DNA of 64,000 bases from Antedon mediterranea (lineage: Eukaryota > Animalia > Echinodermata). Within the stretch, counting starts at the first letter, position 1, and each line of letters opens with the position of its first letter. The DNA lies in NCBI RefSeq assembly GCF_964355755.1, contig NC_092670.1, forward strand, positions 18,152,795 through 18,216,794. Direction: 5' to 3'. The notes below the pieces were generated by a model. It had not been told where the DNA came from, searched no databases, and was given only the letters and a program-made list of their open reading frames with translations. Below are positions 53,001 to 64,000 of this stretch, piece by piece. The translations under genes were made by a program, and so were the position numbers.

Positions 53001-56000
53001 GTCTGTTTTTCCTTAATATTGATATTTTTTATCGTTTACGGTATGTGGCTTGTGGTCTATACATTTAGTATTGACTGCAATTAGATAGGATTTCATTACG
53101 AGAACATGCAAACGGATCATGCTGAATTGGGTTTGTAGTTCCTAACCTATATTGTGTGAGTGTTCAATACATTTAGTTCTTATTATCAAAGGAAACCCCT
53201 ATTGAACACATTATTGATTGTACTGTGCCATTTTAATTAACTTAACGTATTCAGTGGTAAAGATAATATTGTACAATCTATACAAGGGGCAAGCAATAGG
53301 CATTGGCCTAAACAGTCAAACTGCTTATTCCAACATTAACAAAACAAATAGTGTATAAAATTAAAAATATATATGGTACGACAAATTTAAGATGATTTAA
53401 ACAGACAGATTACCTGTAGCAAACGACCTTCTTCCAGCCTAACTATCTAGGTCATCCATACAGTACGTATGGTACTGCATTGAGGTACTTTTTCATATGG
53501 ATATATGTCTTATATATTATAATTAAGTTAATAGTAGGAGACATGCAAGCTGTGATTCTGTCCTAGATCTCAAACCATGTCCATCAGCAAATAATAATGT
53601 AATAAACTAAAGTTCATGGTAAATCCACTCTATTGTTAATTTTTTTCGCTGCTAGAGAAGAGGATGAGAATAGAATCATTGGGAAACAGTTACCACGCTG
53701 TTATTTGCTACGGCTGAAAAAATGGGTATTTGGCAACTAGGACCGGGCATGCGCATACCCCAAAGCACTTCTGGGAAAAGAGAGTATATGAAAACATTTG
53801 GTGATAAATATTGAGAAGGAAGCATGTAGACGGTATAGTTATTGTGAGATGGGTGCCATTTTTTATAAAAAGTATTTCTTTATTTAAATTTTAACTAGAA
53901 AATATTTTCATTTCATTAGTGCATCTTTCGTAATGGTAATCTAAAAGTACAGTATCTTTATTGGAGATTTAGATAATGATGTATACCAAGTATTATGTTT
54001 CAGTTATGTGATCTCATCAGCTAAAATACAATATCATCATTGTTATTATTGACCTTTTATACTGACTTAGAATCTCTAATGAAACTATATTCAATATCTT
54101 TAACATATGGTAGTATTTTACCATTGACCCATATATTGAAAAGTTCAATACCTACCACAAAAAAATATACTCCTCCATATTCTTCTGTAATAAAATGATT
54201 AATTTATATTTTAAATGTGACTCATTTGCAAGATGTTACCTGTTAAAAGATGAGTCACATTGTGTGAAGTTGAGTAGGAGTTGATTGAGGATGGTTTCAT
54301 GAGGATCTCATTCAACAATTACCTCTTTTGAATACTCCTTTTATTTTCGTTTAAAAAAAAAATGTTTGAAAGATTTTCTTTTACCATACCGAATTCAACT
54401 CTTTCAACTTCTTAAACTCTGTCAAACTAGTATGACAATATGGTAGTGATATGACATCATCGTGTCCATGGGCACATTTGACATAAGAGCCCTCTTTGGA
54501 CAGGCCAAAGGGTTATGTGGGAGTTGATAGACATGAAGAAGAACATGTGTTAAGATTGATCAAGAGTATATTGATCAACTTACAACATTCGATTGTGTAT
54601 TTCATTGCCATGAAAACAATTAAACGTGATATTGCTATTTTAATTTTAAAATGATTTTTTTTTCATTGCAGAAAGGATACTGGAGGATCACGAAAAGGTT
54701 CTTGAAGTTTACAACAACTGGCCCAAGTCCAGCAACAATAAAATCTATTTTAGGAAAAACTTCAGAAAATATGAGATATTTCAAAACCCATGTGTAAGTA
54801 ATCTTGCTCATTCATGTTGACTTTGATGGCCTTAACAATCATAAAATGACACTATAAAAAGAGCATTAAGAACGGTGATGGGTTAAAGAGTGAATGTTGG
54901 ATGATAGCATTATCAAAACATTCAGGTTGTAGAAACTTGCACATGCATTAGGCCTTTTTAAAGTTGTAGGTGAGGTGTTTTACAAATTGCACTCCTCAAT
55001 ACATTCAGGAGTGCTGTTTGTATTTTGGTGTGTAGAAGTTCACAAAATTTAAGTGTGTTGTAAATCACACTCCTCAAGGCCATTTAGTAGTGTGTTAGGT
55101 GAGTAATCACACTCGCTCTCCTCAAAAGAAAAGGCCTGATGCATGATACATAACAATGTGCAGTGTTTTTCATTAATATGTGAACATATCAAACTTTCCC
55201 GAACTACTGGTTTGTTTGAATTCGTCCAATTTATTGCTTAGCATTGTGTTGCCAGTTAGAGGAAAAATGGCGCACCATGTCACAATGCATCACTTTCGCT
55301 GCTGGTCTCTGGTTTCAATAGGCTGTAGGCTTGCATGGTCACAAAGTATGACAAGTTAAAATAGCATTTATTGGGTTCGACTTCTTTCTTAAACCATGAA
55401 TTTTCCTTTCTGCAGCAATTTTTCCCAATGCATATGCTAGAACTGACAGAAGAATTGGAAGGATTATCAGAAAAAGCAGAAAGAACAAAACAGATTCTAC
55501 TACAGGTAAAAAATAAATGTTTATAAAAATAAAGTTAAAAAGTATTTTTTACTAAATAGCTGTTTACTTTATCAGAGTTACATTGCTGATCACAGAGCAG
55601 TTACTATTCGGATATGAATTGGTGATAACTCGTAATAGTTACCTAATAATAGTGCGTGTAAACACATCTATATAAACCAACAATGTTTGATTTTTTTTTA
55701 AACCACATAATAGTGTTAACAAGTTTGTACATACATAGTTTTATTGACACCTTCTTCATTCACTTTCCCTGACCTGTTACATAAATATAATAATGATAAC
55801 CCTATACTTTTCATGAACATTTTTACTATTTTTTTTATATAGAATCTATTTTTGAAAGGTGATAAGTTACCTAAAATTCAGGGATTTCTTCATTCACACG
55901 ATGGACACAAAAAGTCTTGGAAAAAACATTATTTTTTTTTACGGCAGTCTGGACTTTACTATTCCACCAAGGGTACTTCAAAGGTAAGAAACCCTTTTAA

Positions 56001-59000
56001 AAACATTTTAAACAAAAGTGTATCAAAAAATATTTTATTAAATCTATTTGATTTAATAAATCTAAAGTAAGGAAGAGTATCTACACCGGGTTATGAAGGC
56101 CGGATGTTATGCATTAAAGAAATAATTGATATGCGGTTCTTTTAGTTTCATATGTTTTTAAATACTGTCTATAGTATAACATTACCATGTACATCATCAC
56201 CATGTGGTACTAAATTCATTTAGGGCCTGTTTCTGAAATGTTCATGATGAAGACTACCATGACATATGATAAATTATTTAATTGTTTCTTGAATATAACT
56301 TCTTTTGAGGTTTTACTTTAAACCATAAGGTGTTGACCTGTATTTCGTCTTTTGCTAAGTATAGCGTCCCGGGCCTTTCAACTGCTTTTGTTATGGTTGA
56401 GCGCTTTAGAGCCAAGCATCTAGTCTTCTGGTAGTTGTTGCTGTGGTAATGATATGTGTCTGTGCCCTTTGGCCTAATGCCGACTTAGGCCACATCCATG
56501 ATCTTTAGTGGTAATTCAACAGGCCTTCATTAGTCCCATATCAACACATGTGAATGTGTACCATGTGTGAAGAATGACTAAAAAAGTTCTCCATTATTCA
56601 GTGGTCATATTGAATCAGGTCACCTCATAGGGCTCAGCCCAGTTACTATGAAATGGAGTGTAAATAACTGTGTAGAATACAGGTGTTTTTGCTCAACTTT
56701 CTTAGGCCATGGGTAACCAGTTGTCCCCAGTTGTCAAAATCAATTTACATCTGCCTCCTTCAAATGCAAATTAAATATGATATGATATTTAGTTGATAGA
56801 CCACAAGCTGGGATTAAGTTATCATGTAAAATGTAGCAAAATGTATGTAAACACATGGACAGTGTTGAGTTGGGTAACTTCTTACAGTCTTCCGCTTCTA
56901 TCTCTATCAGCTTAAATAATCTGTAGTATCAGCCAATTTGTGTTTTTTTTATGTACCGTATATTTCGGTGTATAAGTCGCACCTGTGTATAAGACGCACC
57001 CCCTAACTGAGAGTAAAATATCGGTATTTTTTATATCGTCGATGTATAAGACGCACTTTATATTTCATCAAAACAATGTTTTTTTTAAATTGTAATCAAT
57101 ATTATTGTAATAATATATTGTTATATCTACAACGGAGTCCTTTATTTATGGTTTTTCTTACCTAGGCTCGGCCGCGCCCAGTCTCAACAAGTTCTTTCTA
57201 ACTTGTTATTTATGAGTTTCGCCGCAACATCGAGTGCATGACCGTGTGTGTAACACGCACGTGTGTGTGGGCTAGCCTCGCTCGATCATTTCGAGAGGGC
57301 GCACGTTTTCACGGACAATCGTATTCGATTAGTATCTATGTATCCGAGAAGTGTATACGCTAGGTCCATGCTATAGTCAACTGGAGAATATACTAGTCGA
57401 ATATCATAGACCATGTGGCCGCCAAGAAGGGCTTGCGCTGGGGGTACGGCGGTCGGCGATCGTGCGTATAACTATAAATAAATACTCGGCCTAGGCCTAG
57501 ACCTATTCCAATCGTAAACGTTTACAAATGAAATTTGATCGGACCGCCTAAAACAGCTCCATAATGAACAAATCTTTTCATCATATTTAGTATAACATCA
57601 CGCTAATATGCCTTGAAAACTAGGCAGAAGCAGGTTGCCGTTACGTTAGTACACTGTAGGCTAACTAGCCTAGGCCTAGCCAACGAGGTGACGATATGTA
57701 GGTAGGCTACAATCTGTGTGGTATGAGGCATAATGTTCGGTGTATAAGACGCACCCTTAATTTAGAGGTCAAATTTGCGTGTCAAAAGTGCGACTTATAC
57801 ACCGAAATATACGGTAATGTAATATTATCTATATCTATATTATCATACTAGAACAAAACTCAACTTGAAAGACTATCCTTATTATACTATAATAAATGAT
57901 AATTTGATTTATTAAAAACCAGTAAAAAAAAAAATCTGGGTTTATCAGTAATAACTCAAGTATTTCTTGTTCTTTAGGATGGATACATTTGGTATTCCCA
58001 CAATATTGTGGATAAAAATAAACCACTATCTAATATTGTTTTATGTTAAAGAGATATTGAACATTTTAATTTAGGGCATGTTCAGATTCATGGGGTTTGT
58101 TTAGGTTATATAGAGAAATTTAGTATCCCCACAATATTGAGGATAAAAATAAACCAGTATCTAATAATATTTTACGTTCAGATTAATGGAGTTATGCTTT
58201 CGTATCATAAGCAAGGTCATGTTATTATCAGCGTTGTAACAGCAAAGTGTTCATTAGAAACTGAAGTTGTACAGATTTGGGCGAATGTTAAAGTTGATTG
58301 GTTGGTTGTCAACTCCGTAGGTCTGAACAGGCCCTTAGAAATTAGAAGTTTTATCAAGATTGAATTAATTACTTTTTACTGACTACTTCAACTTTAAGCA
58401 GACAATACTTTCTTAAAATTACATTTGGGTATTTTAAAAGAACACCTTCTTATATTTGAGAACGCATTTTATTCAACATTATAATCGATGGAAGCAAAAT
58501 TAGTTTCTTCGTTTGGTTGATATAAATATTTGAGTCATGGCCAATGTTTAATTCCCTGCTCGTGGACAGAAAGAGAATAAAAAACTTCACATTTTCGTTG
58601 ATGCGTGCCGTGCAGCTGATTTATCTCAAATACAATCAGTTTTAATTCTCGGTTTTTAAGAACGTCCGTGTCGTCGGTTTATTAAGGTATATGTAAAAGC
58701 CTTTTAAAGAGCTAATAAAAAAACATTATTGCACTCAAGTTGAAAAGTGCAAGAAAAAACATTGCATTTTAATAGGTTGTAGAAAGGTCATTTACTATCG
58801 ATCTTGACAGATTTTATGAGAAAGAATAAGAAAGATGCTAAATTACAATTTAGACAAAAGAAATTGTCAATTGTATATCTGTGTTTTTATCTCGCCATCT
58901 GTCTTCTTTTTTTTTAATAATAATATTTTAGATAACTTATTGAGGTCCTGATAGATAAATGAAAATAATAAATAATACATTACATAGGTTAAATAATTCA

Positions 59001-62000
59001 TATGACACATGATACATATACATCATAACGTTAAAACATACATCCATCCATCCATGAAGGTATACCTGTATGATATATCTTATAAATATCTGTTTCATAT
59101 GTTTTGTTATTTATTTAGTTATTTAATTTAGTGTTCATATTTCTCTAATATCTACTTATTGTGGTCCCGATAATCACACTAAAATGTGTTTCTTGTTAAC
59201 ATGGATGCATTGCACATACAATGGATAAACTAAATTCTCCATTAATTTTAGATCGTTTTAATCATATCTATCAATCATTGGAGGAAATATCTGCACTTAG
59301 AAATTTAATAGTATGTTATTATTAGGTTTTTTAAAGATTTAGAGGGAATTATTTGTGGAAACCATGATATTAATGTGTAATTTAATGTTGTTACACGAAA
59401 GCCATAGGGGTTTTGTGTTCCCATGACGACATAATAAGTACTTGATATTCATTTTATCAAATCCTGATCAGTCAATCTCAGCATCACTTGTGCTGTATCG
59501 CTATAGCAACCAACCTGACTAAACTGACCTGCAGACAATCATTACCTGCCAATCATAAAAAAAGAACCCATCCCCATGACAACAGTCACTACTTTTGGCC
59601 TGATGTGTAATGAATGATGATAGGTATAGTAGTGGCTGTGGTGAATGTCACTTGACACAGCAATTCCCCTCGAGGGCATCGAGAAAAAAGACCCACAGAT
59701 AGTAAAGTATTGAGTGATTGGCGTGGCTCTTTTACAAGCTGTAGAGAGAAGTTTCATTACAGCAAATATTTTTTACTCTCAAGTTGATTATTTTTTTTGG
59801 TGTAGTTCACAATTATAAGTTTATTTGACTGATCTGTTTGAGGTGATATTGTTCCTTGGACTCATTACTGTTTCTACCTGAGCAATGAATACATATTTTG
59901 TGAGAAGTTTGAGTAGTTTTCTGAGCAACCAGTCAAATATGCTTAAAGATAATAATGCAAGATACAAGCCAGCAACGATGGGAAATAACTAAAGATATGG
60001 TAAAGATATTAATGCTAAACATTTGCGAAACCAATACCAACACCAACTTTATTCACATCATTCATACATAAATAAATAGTACAATATGTGAAAAGGAGCC
60101 AGAAACGCTTTGGTTCACACAGTGCGGCGTAGTGCAGGCTTGATCAGTTCATTTTATCAGCTTGTTTAATCAGTCGTTGTTACTCACAATCTTGTTTAGT
60201 CTAGTGCGCAATCCACTTTCAAGATGACATTCATTTCTGTAGTACTCTTCTGATTTATATTAAGTTGTATTTTGGTTATCATTAGAGATAACTACTACTG
60301 GTACCTGTTACTGTCATGTATTATGACTATGCTACAAATCACTATAGTAGTAAGCATGATAAATGTTCATCAATTCAAATTGCTGATTTATCATCAACAG
60401 CAATCAACAAAAAACGAGTGGTCTTCCCTAAGAATGAGATTATGAACCTAGTTGAACTTAATAATGACACTAAAAAATGGTGCTACTTCCGATATGAATC
60501 CTTCGCTTCCATCAGATGTAAACATAGAACTTAAATATATATAATGAGGTGAACTCAGAATTAAAGTATAAGTAAGAGTTGAAACTAAAAATAAGTTTGA
60601 GTTAAAATTAGAACCTAAGTATCAGTTTGAGTTTAACTTAGAACCAAAGTATAAGTATGAGTTGAACTTGGATGGAACATAAGTTTTTGTGTTAAACTTA
60701 GAAGCCAAGAAAAATCTTAATACCCACATTAGTACTGTAATACCTAATATGCTACAATGTCTAAATTACTTTCATAACTATGATTTTGTTCTCCTTTCTT
60801 TCAGGATCCTAAACACTTAACCTGCTATGTGCAATTTGACCATATAGAGCTTCATTATGCAATAAATGGAAAGAAGCAATATCACTCGCCATCAGAATTT
60901 GTTTTCACGTTACGAGTAAGTTTTTTCTAATTTAACAGTTATATAAAGTATACATTATTGTTACTGTGACAATTTATCATGAAAGATAATCAATAATATA
61001 TGTACTCTATATGTGCCCTTTTTGTCACTAGAAAAGTCACCTTTTGTCACTTCTGAAAGTCCCTTTTTGTCACTGAGAAAATCCCTTTCTGTCACTTTTG
61101 TTACTGGGGAAAGTCCCCTTTTGTCACCACACTAGGAAAGTCTCTTTTTGTCATGAATGTCACTTTCAGACACTAGGAATATCGCCATTGGTACTGTATA
61201 ATTTTAGTTATTTTACATTGCTATGCTAGGTAGGCTACTAGTGACATTTAAGTGTAATTAGCTAAGAGTGTTGAACTTTAGGATTTATTTTTGGTTTGCG
61301 TACGTGCATGTATGATGCATCAACGCACAATGTGGCCAGTTCTATTTAAGGACAATGTACTCCAACCAAAACGCCACCACATTCAAACCTAATTCTAATG
61401 ATCTAGTTCGGCTTGCTAATTAATTTTGAGGATTTAAATTTACTTTAGTTTTATTCATAGCGTTAGTGCTACATAGCTAGATCGTTAGAGTCACTAATGC
61501 TGAAGACTTATAAGCAAGCAGCTGACTTACGTCAGTGATAGTCTAATAGAAAGAGAATGGTTCTAGCAGGTAGAAATGACTGATCTTGGGCCTAGCTAAC
61601 AGGTGGAAGAAAGCCTACACAAGTGATAAAGATCTGGCAAAGTGATCAATTGTGATCCCCTTTGAAGTCACATGATCAGTTGTGATCCCCTTGAAGGCGC
61701 GTTACTTTATCTGGTTAGTTTAGTCACATGATCTCTTAATTCAGAATGGTTTTATTTCTATCTTGGAATAGCCGTAGTTTAGCTAGCTTTCTTTGGTAAT
61801 AAGTGAATGTACATGTTGGAATTAGGTAAAGATCTTCGCTACTTCCTTTCCAGGTTCGTTTAAGACAACACACATGTCTCCAGAAAAATAAACTAAAATA
61901 TCTGATTACTTTTCTTTAAATTATTTAAAAGACAAATTCAAAAACACCTGAAAATCTCTATTTTCACAGTTGTTTTTAAATAGTGGTCAGTTTGCACAGG

Positions 62001-64000
62001 TGTGTAAATAACTTGTCCAGCAGGTAGGCCTATATGCCACACTCTGACATCACTACCGCATACCCAACCTGCCCTGTGGTTTCTATATTATTGCAAGAGA
62101 AGACCTATTTTAGTTTATACTTGAAGTGTTTTCTTTTCATTTTAGTTTGTCTATGTTAGCATGTGTGGGAAAACTTAGTGTGTGTTCTACATACTACAAC
62201 TCAGCAGTGTTAATAACACCCTACAGTTAATAAATGTCATATCTCGTGTTAAAATTAATGTGAGAATATTTGTCAGTCCATCAGTTTCTATATCCTATCT
62301 TATGTTCATAGTTTGCTATGTTTTGCTTATATGTTTTATGACATTTTATAATTGAGTAGTGGCAATACTTGAAAGCTAATTAGGCATGCACCAACCAATA
62401 TGTTGAACATTAATGAGTGCCATACATTGTGATTTCCTATGATAATCCAGCAACTAAACTTTTCTAAGCCAAAATGACATACTGCATCATATTTTGAATG
62501 ATTATTGACGGTTTTAGTCCCTCAAAATTGGACGGCGTGTGAAAGTTATTGTAAAATTGCCAAGAAATCTCACGGGGCTATGTTTGATTTCCACAGCCGA
62601 CCAAGTCTCACGAGTTGAAGGAAGTGAAATACTTCTGTGCAGAAGACGAACAGTCACGACAGTGCTGGTTAGCGGGCATGCGGCTGATTGCAAACGGAAA
62701 GCAACTGAGCGAAAACTATAAACAAGCGAGAAAGTTTCAAGCTCTCGGTAGGGAGATGGACTTGGAGACAAGCTCACGGGTTAGTTTTGTTTCAATTTCT
62801 AAAGTGATGCATTACTGTGATACATTAAGTTTTACATTAACAGTCACTGTAAACTTAGTATAACATTAAATGAACACTACGAAAATTGGCATGTAGCGAG
62901 GATGTAAACAAGTTGACAGTGACAACAATTGAGTAAATTATGTTGTATGCTTGTCTAGAGGGGTGTGAATGAAGTAAGTTGGAGGAAAAACCTTTAAGTT
63001 TCATAGGCTCAGCTGGAGGGAATCATTATATTGTGTAAGCAGGAAATTTTACCTTCCTGAAGCCTGCGTACTATAGTATTTATTTTGTTTCACCACAAAT
63101 CTAAATTGTAATTCTACAAAAGAGAAAAGAAACATTAAGAGATGTATAGAATTAGCATCTACTGAGCATTGTCTTACATCGGTTTCAACCACTAAACACG
63201 TTCATGATGACCTTTTATATTATAAACAAGTAAAACCTGCTAATACACTTATATTATAAATTGACTTACTATGTTGAAAGAATATTAGTTGGTCAAGAAT
63301 GGTGGTGTTAATTTGACCATTCACTGTCCATCCATTCATCAATTTAAATCTTATTGTTAACCTAACACTGCTAAATTGATGTTAATTACTCTTAGGTTTC
63401 CTCATAAAGGATACTAATGAGTAATTACATTCAACATAATGTTAATTAATTACTGTTAACAAATGCCTTTTGTGTTTAATGATGTACCATGCTGTATCTT
63501 GTATAAGCCCACATTTGTGTAGAACAAGTGTGAAATAGTCCTTGGATACGTATAGGAGACAAGTTGTTACATATTAATTTTCTAATTGTCAGATTTTTGC
63601 TTCTTTGCAGAGAATTGAAAACAGCAATGACAGAGTAGCGATAGATTTTTCTGGACATTCAGGGAGGATTATTGGAAACAAAAGTGAAGCAATAGCAATT
63701 GCCGAAAGAGAAGGGGTCGAATGGAGTGTAAGTTATACCCCCGAATTGGGGGACTTACAATAACTCATACCTATGTTTGAGTACTTTAATCATATGTCAC
63801 TTTAAAGCTCCTATTTGACTTTTTTAACAGATGTTTGACTGTAGATTGAAATACTGTCATGCCCACAAATGTAAATTATTTATGTATTTTCCTTTCCTTG
63901 ACCTCTCATAACTCGCATAATCACGTTTGCATACATATCTGACCTTTAAATGTATTTGTATCTTTTTAGAGGCGTAGTGGTAGGCCGGTTGAGAGCCCTA
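34617..64000 (+). CDS. GRB14: Grb7/10/14-family adaptor gene (PR motif-RA-PH-BPS; SH2 expected downstream of window), multi-exon, 3'-truncated by window end
   Basis: Eleven exons joined by hand have canonical AG/GT sites and consistent phases. The spliced protein contains IPDPFPDL (family motif IPNPFPEL), RA domain [31 protein letters not shown] domain [40 protein letters not shown] and [16 protein letters not shown]. The Grb7/10/14 paralogue cannot be resolved, so the symbol is a family label only. Confidence 0.93.
35680..35790. mobile_element. Dispersed repeat end (hAT-like ...GGATCCACCACTG); copies at about 39680-39790 and, inverted, 25923-25950
   Basis: gaaaattgcaatgcaaa...ctctatttcaaaa...cctggat.(c)cactg is shared among the copies. 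Confidence 0.55.
38478..38848 (+). CDS. GRB14: Grb7/10/14-like exon, Ser/Pro-rich N-terminus with IPDPFPDL motif
   Basis: Acceptor tttcatttatag, donor ATG|gtaaga. Encodes [10 protein letters not shown]...[14 protein letters not shown], matching the family's DLxxLVN and IPNPFPEL motifs. Confidence 0.9.
39010..39205 (+). mobile_element. Second copy of the Deu/Nin-like SINE
   Basis: Matches the reverse complement of 20935-21130 (gataaggactataagccgtatgtccagtgtacac...gagtagggggttatcccagtgta). Confidence 0.78.
41039..41067. repeat. (TAA)n microsatellite
   Basis: About 9 TAA units. Confidence 0.9.
43017..43122 (-). mobile_element. Helentron-associated (HINE/DINE-1-like) mini element
   Basis: Minus strand: TTTTTAGTCGCG 5' subTIR, (GTCG)n microsatellite, 3' subTIR CGCGACT, stem-loop GCCAT-GTAT-ATGGC, then a T run; no TSD. 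Confidence 0.7.
43190..43568. mobile_element. Fold-back MITE, about 380 bp, whole element an imperfect palindrome
   Basis: TTTACATTAGGACGAT / ATCGTCCTAGTGTAAA ends; inner pairs tagaactatagga/tcctatagttcta and atcaaatgacttcatgatca/tgatcgtgacgtcatttgat. Confidence 0.8.
45008..45192 (+). promoter_or_regulatory. Internal Pol II promoter: GC box, two NF-Y CCAAT boxes, TATA box
   Basis: GCCCCGCC at 45008, identical ACCAATCAGC at 45041 and 45127, and TATATAAAA at 45184, about 100 bp upstream of ATG 45288. Confidence 0.65.
45288..45425 (+). CDS. GRB14: Probable alternative first coding exon (MPTCSAF...[15 protein letters not shown]), phase 0
   Basis: Open frame from ATG 45288 (second ATG at 45345) to donor CAG|gtaata at 45426. 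Phase 0 is compatible with the exon at 47064. Promoter motifs lie directly upstream. Confidence 0.62.
47064..47129 (+). CDS. GRB14: Grb7/10/14-like linker exon ([22 protein letters not shown])
   Basis: Long pyrimidine tract plus tag acceptor, donor TCA|gtaagt; 66 nt, open in phase 0/0. Confidence 0.8.
47494..47907 (+). repeat. Displaced copy of intron end 48227-48627, including the RA-exon splice acceptor
   Basis: ttgattaaagcttgaaatagc...taattcacaatgaattttactcgtcag is present twice, near-identical with small indels. Confidence 0.93.
48628..48793 (+). CDS. GRB14: RA domain exon 1 ([11 protein letters not shown]...[12 protein letters not shown])
   Basis: Acceptor ttttactcgtcag, donor G|gtaagt (phase 1). 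Resembles the Grb7-family RA domain start VKVFSEDG...WTLVEH. Confidence 0.93.
48893..49080 (-). mobile_element. Third, more diverged copy of the Deu/Nin-like SINE
   Basis: agtacaccggggtaaccc...taaagtgc...gaagact...ccaccagaa is collinear with 20941-21075. Confidence 0.65.
54672..54793 (+). CDS. GRB14: RA domain exon 2 ([13 protein letters not shown]...[15 protein letters not shown])
   Basis: Acceptor tttcattgcag, donor gtaagt. Contains the conserved ERxLEDHE and FRKNxxKYExFxNP motifs. Absent from the ORF track and found by reading. Confidence 0.93.
55416..55505 (+). CDS. GRB14: RA-PH linker exon (QFFPMHM...KQILLQ)
   Basis: Acceptor ttttcctttctgcag, donor CAG|gtaaaa; 90 nt in phase 0. FFPxxM..LLQ matches the family. 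Confidence 0.9.
55843..55983 (+). CDS. GRB14: PH domain exon 1 ([17 protein letters not shown]...[12 protein letters not shown])
   Basis: Acceptor ttttatatag, donor AAG|gtaaga. KKSWKKxYFxLRxSGLYxSTKGTSK is diagnostic of the Grb7/MRL-type PH domain. Confidence 0.95.
56956..57814. mobile_element. Tc1/mariner-pogo-type non-autonomous element, 859 bp
   Basis: Perfect 27-bp TIR CCGTATATTTCGGTGTATAAGTCGCAC, TA TSD on both sides, internal TGTATAAGACGCAC repeats, no transposase ORF. Confidence 0.92.
60550..60705. repeat. Degenerate 30-bp tandem repeat (GTATAAGTTTGAGTTAAACTTAGAACCAAA-like)
   Basis: About 5 diverged units at 30-bp period. Confidence 0.7.
60805..60915 (+). CDS. GRB14: PH domain exon 2 ([12 protein letters not shown]...[16 protein letters not shown])
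   Basis: Acceptor ctcctttctttcag, donor gtaagt; 111 nt in phase 0. Matches the family pattern EPRHL...GKKQYxAPTDxGFC. Confidence 0.92.
61015..61175. repeat. Degenerate about 22-bp tandem repeat (AAAGTCCCTTTTGTCACT-like)
   Basis: About 7 diverged units. Confidence 0.7.
62597..62779 (+). CDS. GRB14: PH domain exon 3 ([24 protein letters not shown]...ETSSR)
   Basis: Acceptor ttgatttccacag, donor CGG|gttagt. Contains [11 protein letters not shown]..RL..G.QL..NY. Confidence 0.93.
63611..63727 (+). CDS. GRB14: BPS domain exon ([39 protein letters not shown])
   Basis: Acceptor ttctttgcag, donor gtaagt. Aligns by eye to the BPS consensus VAMDFSGxxGRVIENPxEAxSxAxEEGxAWR, which separates the Grb7 family from MRL proteins. 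Confidence 0.93.
63970..64000 (+). CDS. GRB14: Start of next exon ([10 protein letters not shown]...), truncated by window end
   Basis: Acceptor tctttttag at 63969, open in phase 0; position matches the post-BPS basic/SP segment. Confidence 0.7.

Noticed and set aside
54942-55144. 18-bp inverted repeat CATGCATTAGGCCTTTT / AAAAGGCCTGATGCATG
   Set aside because: Probably a MITE, but no TSD or second copy is visible, so it was not called.
57991-58168. About 47-bp direct repeat pair
   Set aside because: Ordinary local duplication with no further structure.
62518-62721. Upstream acceptor ttttag at 62517 and ORFs 62539+ and 62514-
   Set aside because: It lies 79 nt upstream of the true acceptor and shifts the frame. 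The ORFs are shadow frames of the PH exon.
55843-62779. Assignment to the MRL family (RIAM/Lamellipodin/MIG-10), which also has RA-PH
   Set aside because: The BPS exon and the IPxPFPxL motif indicate the Grb7/10/14 family.

Overview
This is AT-rich, intron-rich eukaryotic DNA, probably from a marine invertebrate. A deuterostome such as an echinoderm is inferred from the repeat content and not proven. It is not prokaryotic: there are no operons, CRISPR arrays or rRNA. The only well-supported protein gene is a + strand Grb7/10/14-family adaptor. I reconstructed it by hand from phase-compatible GT-AG exons: 34617-34740, 38478-38848, 47064-47129, 48628-48793, 54672-54793, 55416-55505, 55843-55983, 60805-60915, 62597-62779, 63611-63727 and 63970 onward. 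These encode the IPDPFPDL proline motif, RA, PH and BPS regions; the SH2 domain should lie beyond the window. An internal GC-box/CCAAT/CCAAT/TATA promoter with an alternative first exon (45288-45425) is evident. The rest is non-coding: MITEs with visible TIRs and TSDs, tRNA-derived SINEs, L2-type LINE 3' ends, a Helentron-type mini-element and several minisatellites. The most notable oddities are a TSD-flanked 133-bp insert with a minimal hammerhead-ribozyme-like core, a duplicated splice acceptor that creates a candidate poison exon, a repeat-built Oct/C-EBP site cluster, and a minisatellite with higher-order ABB(CD)n structure. Most ORFs in the supplied track are spurious.
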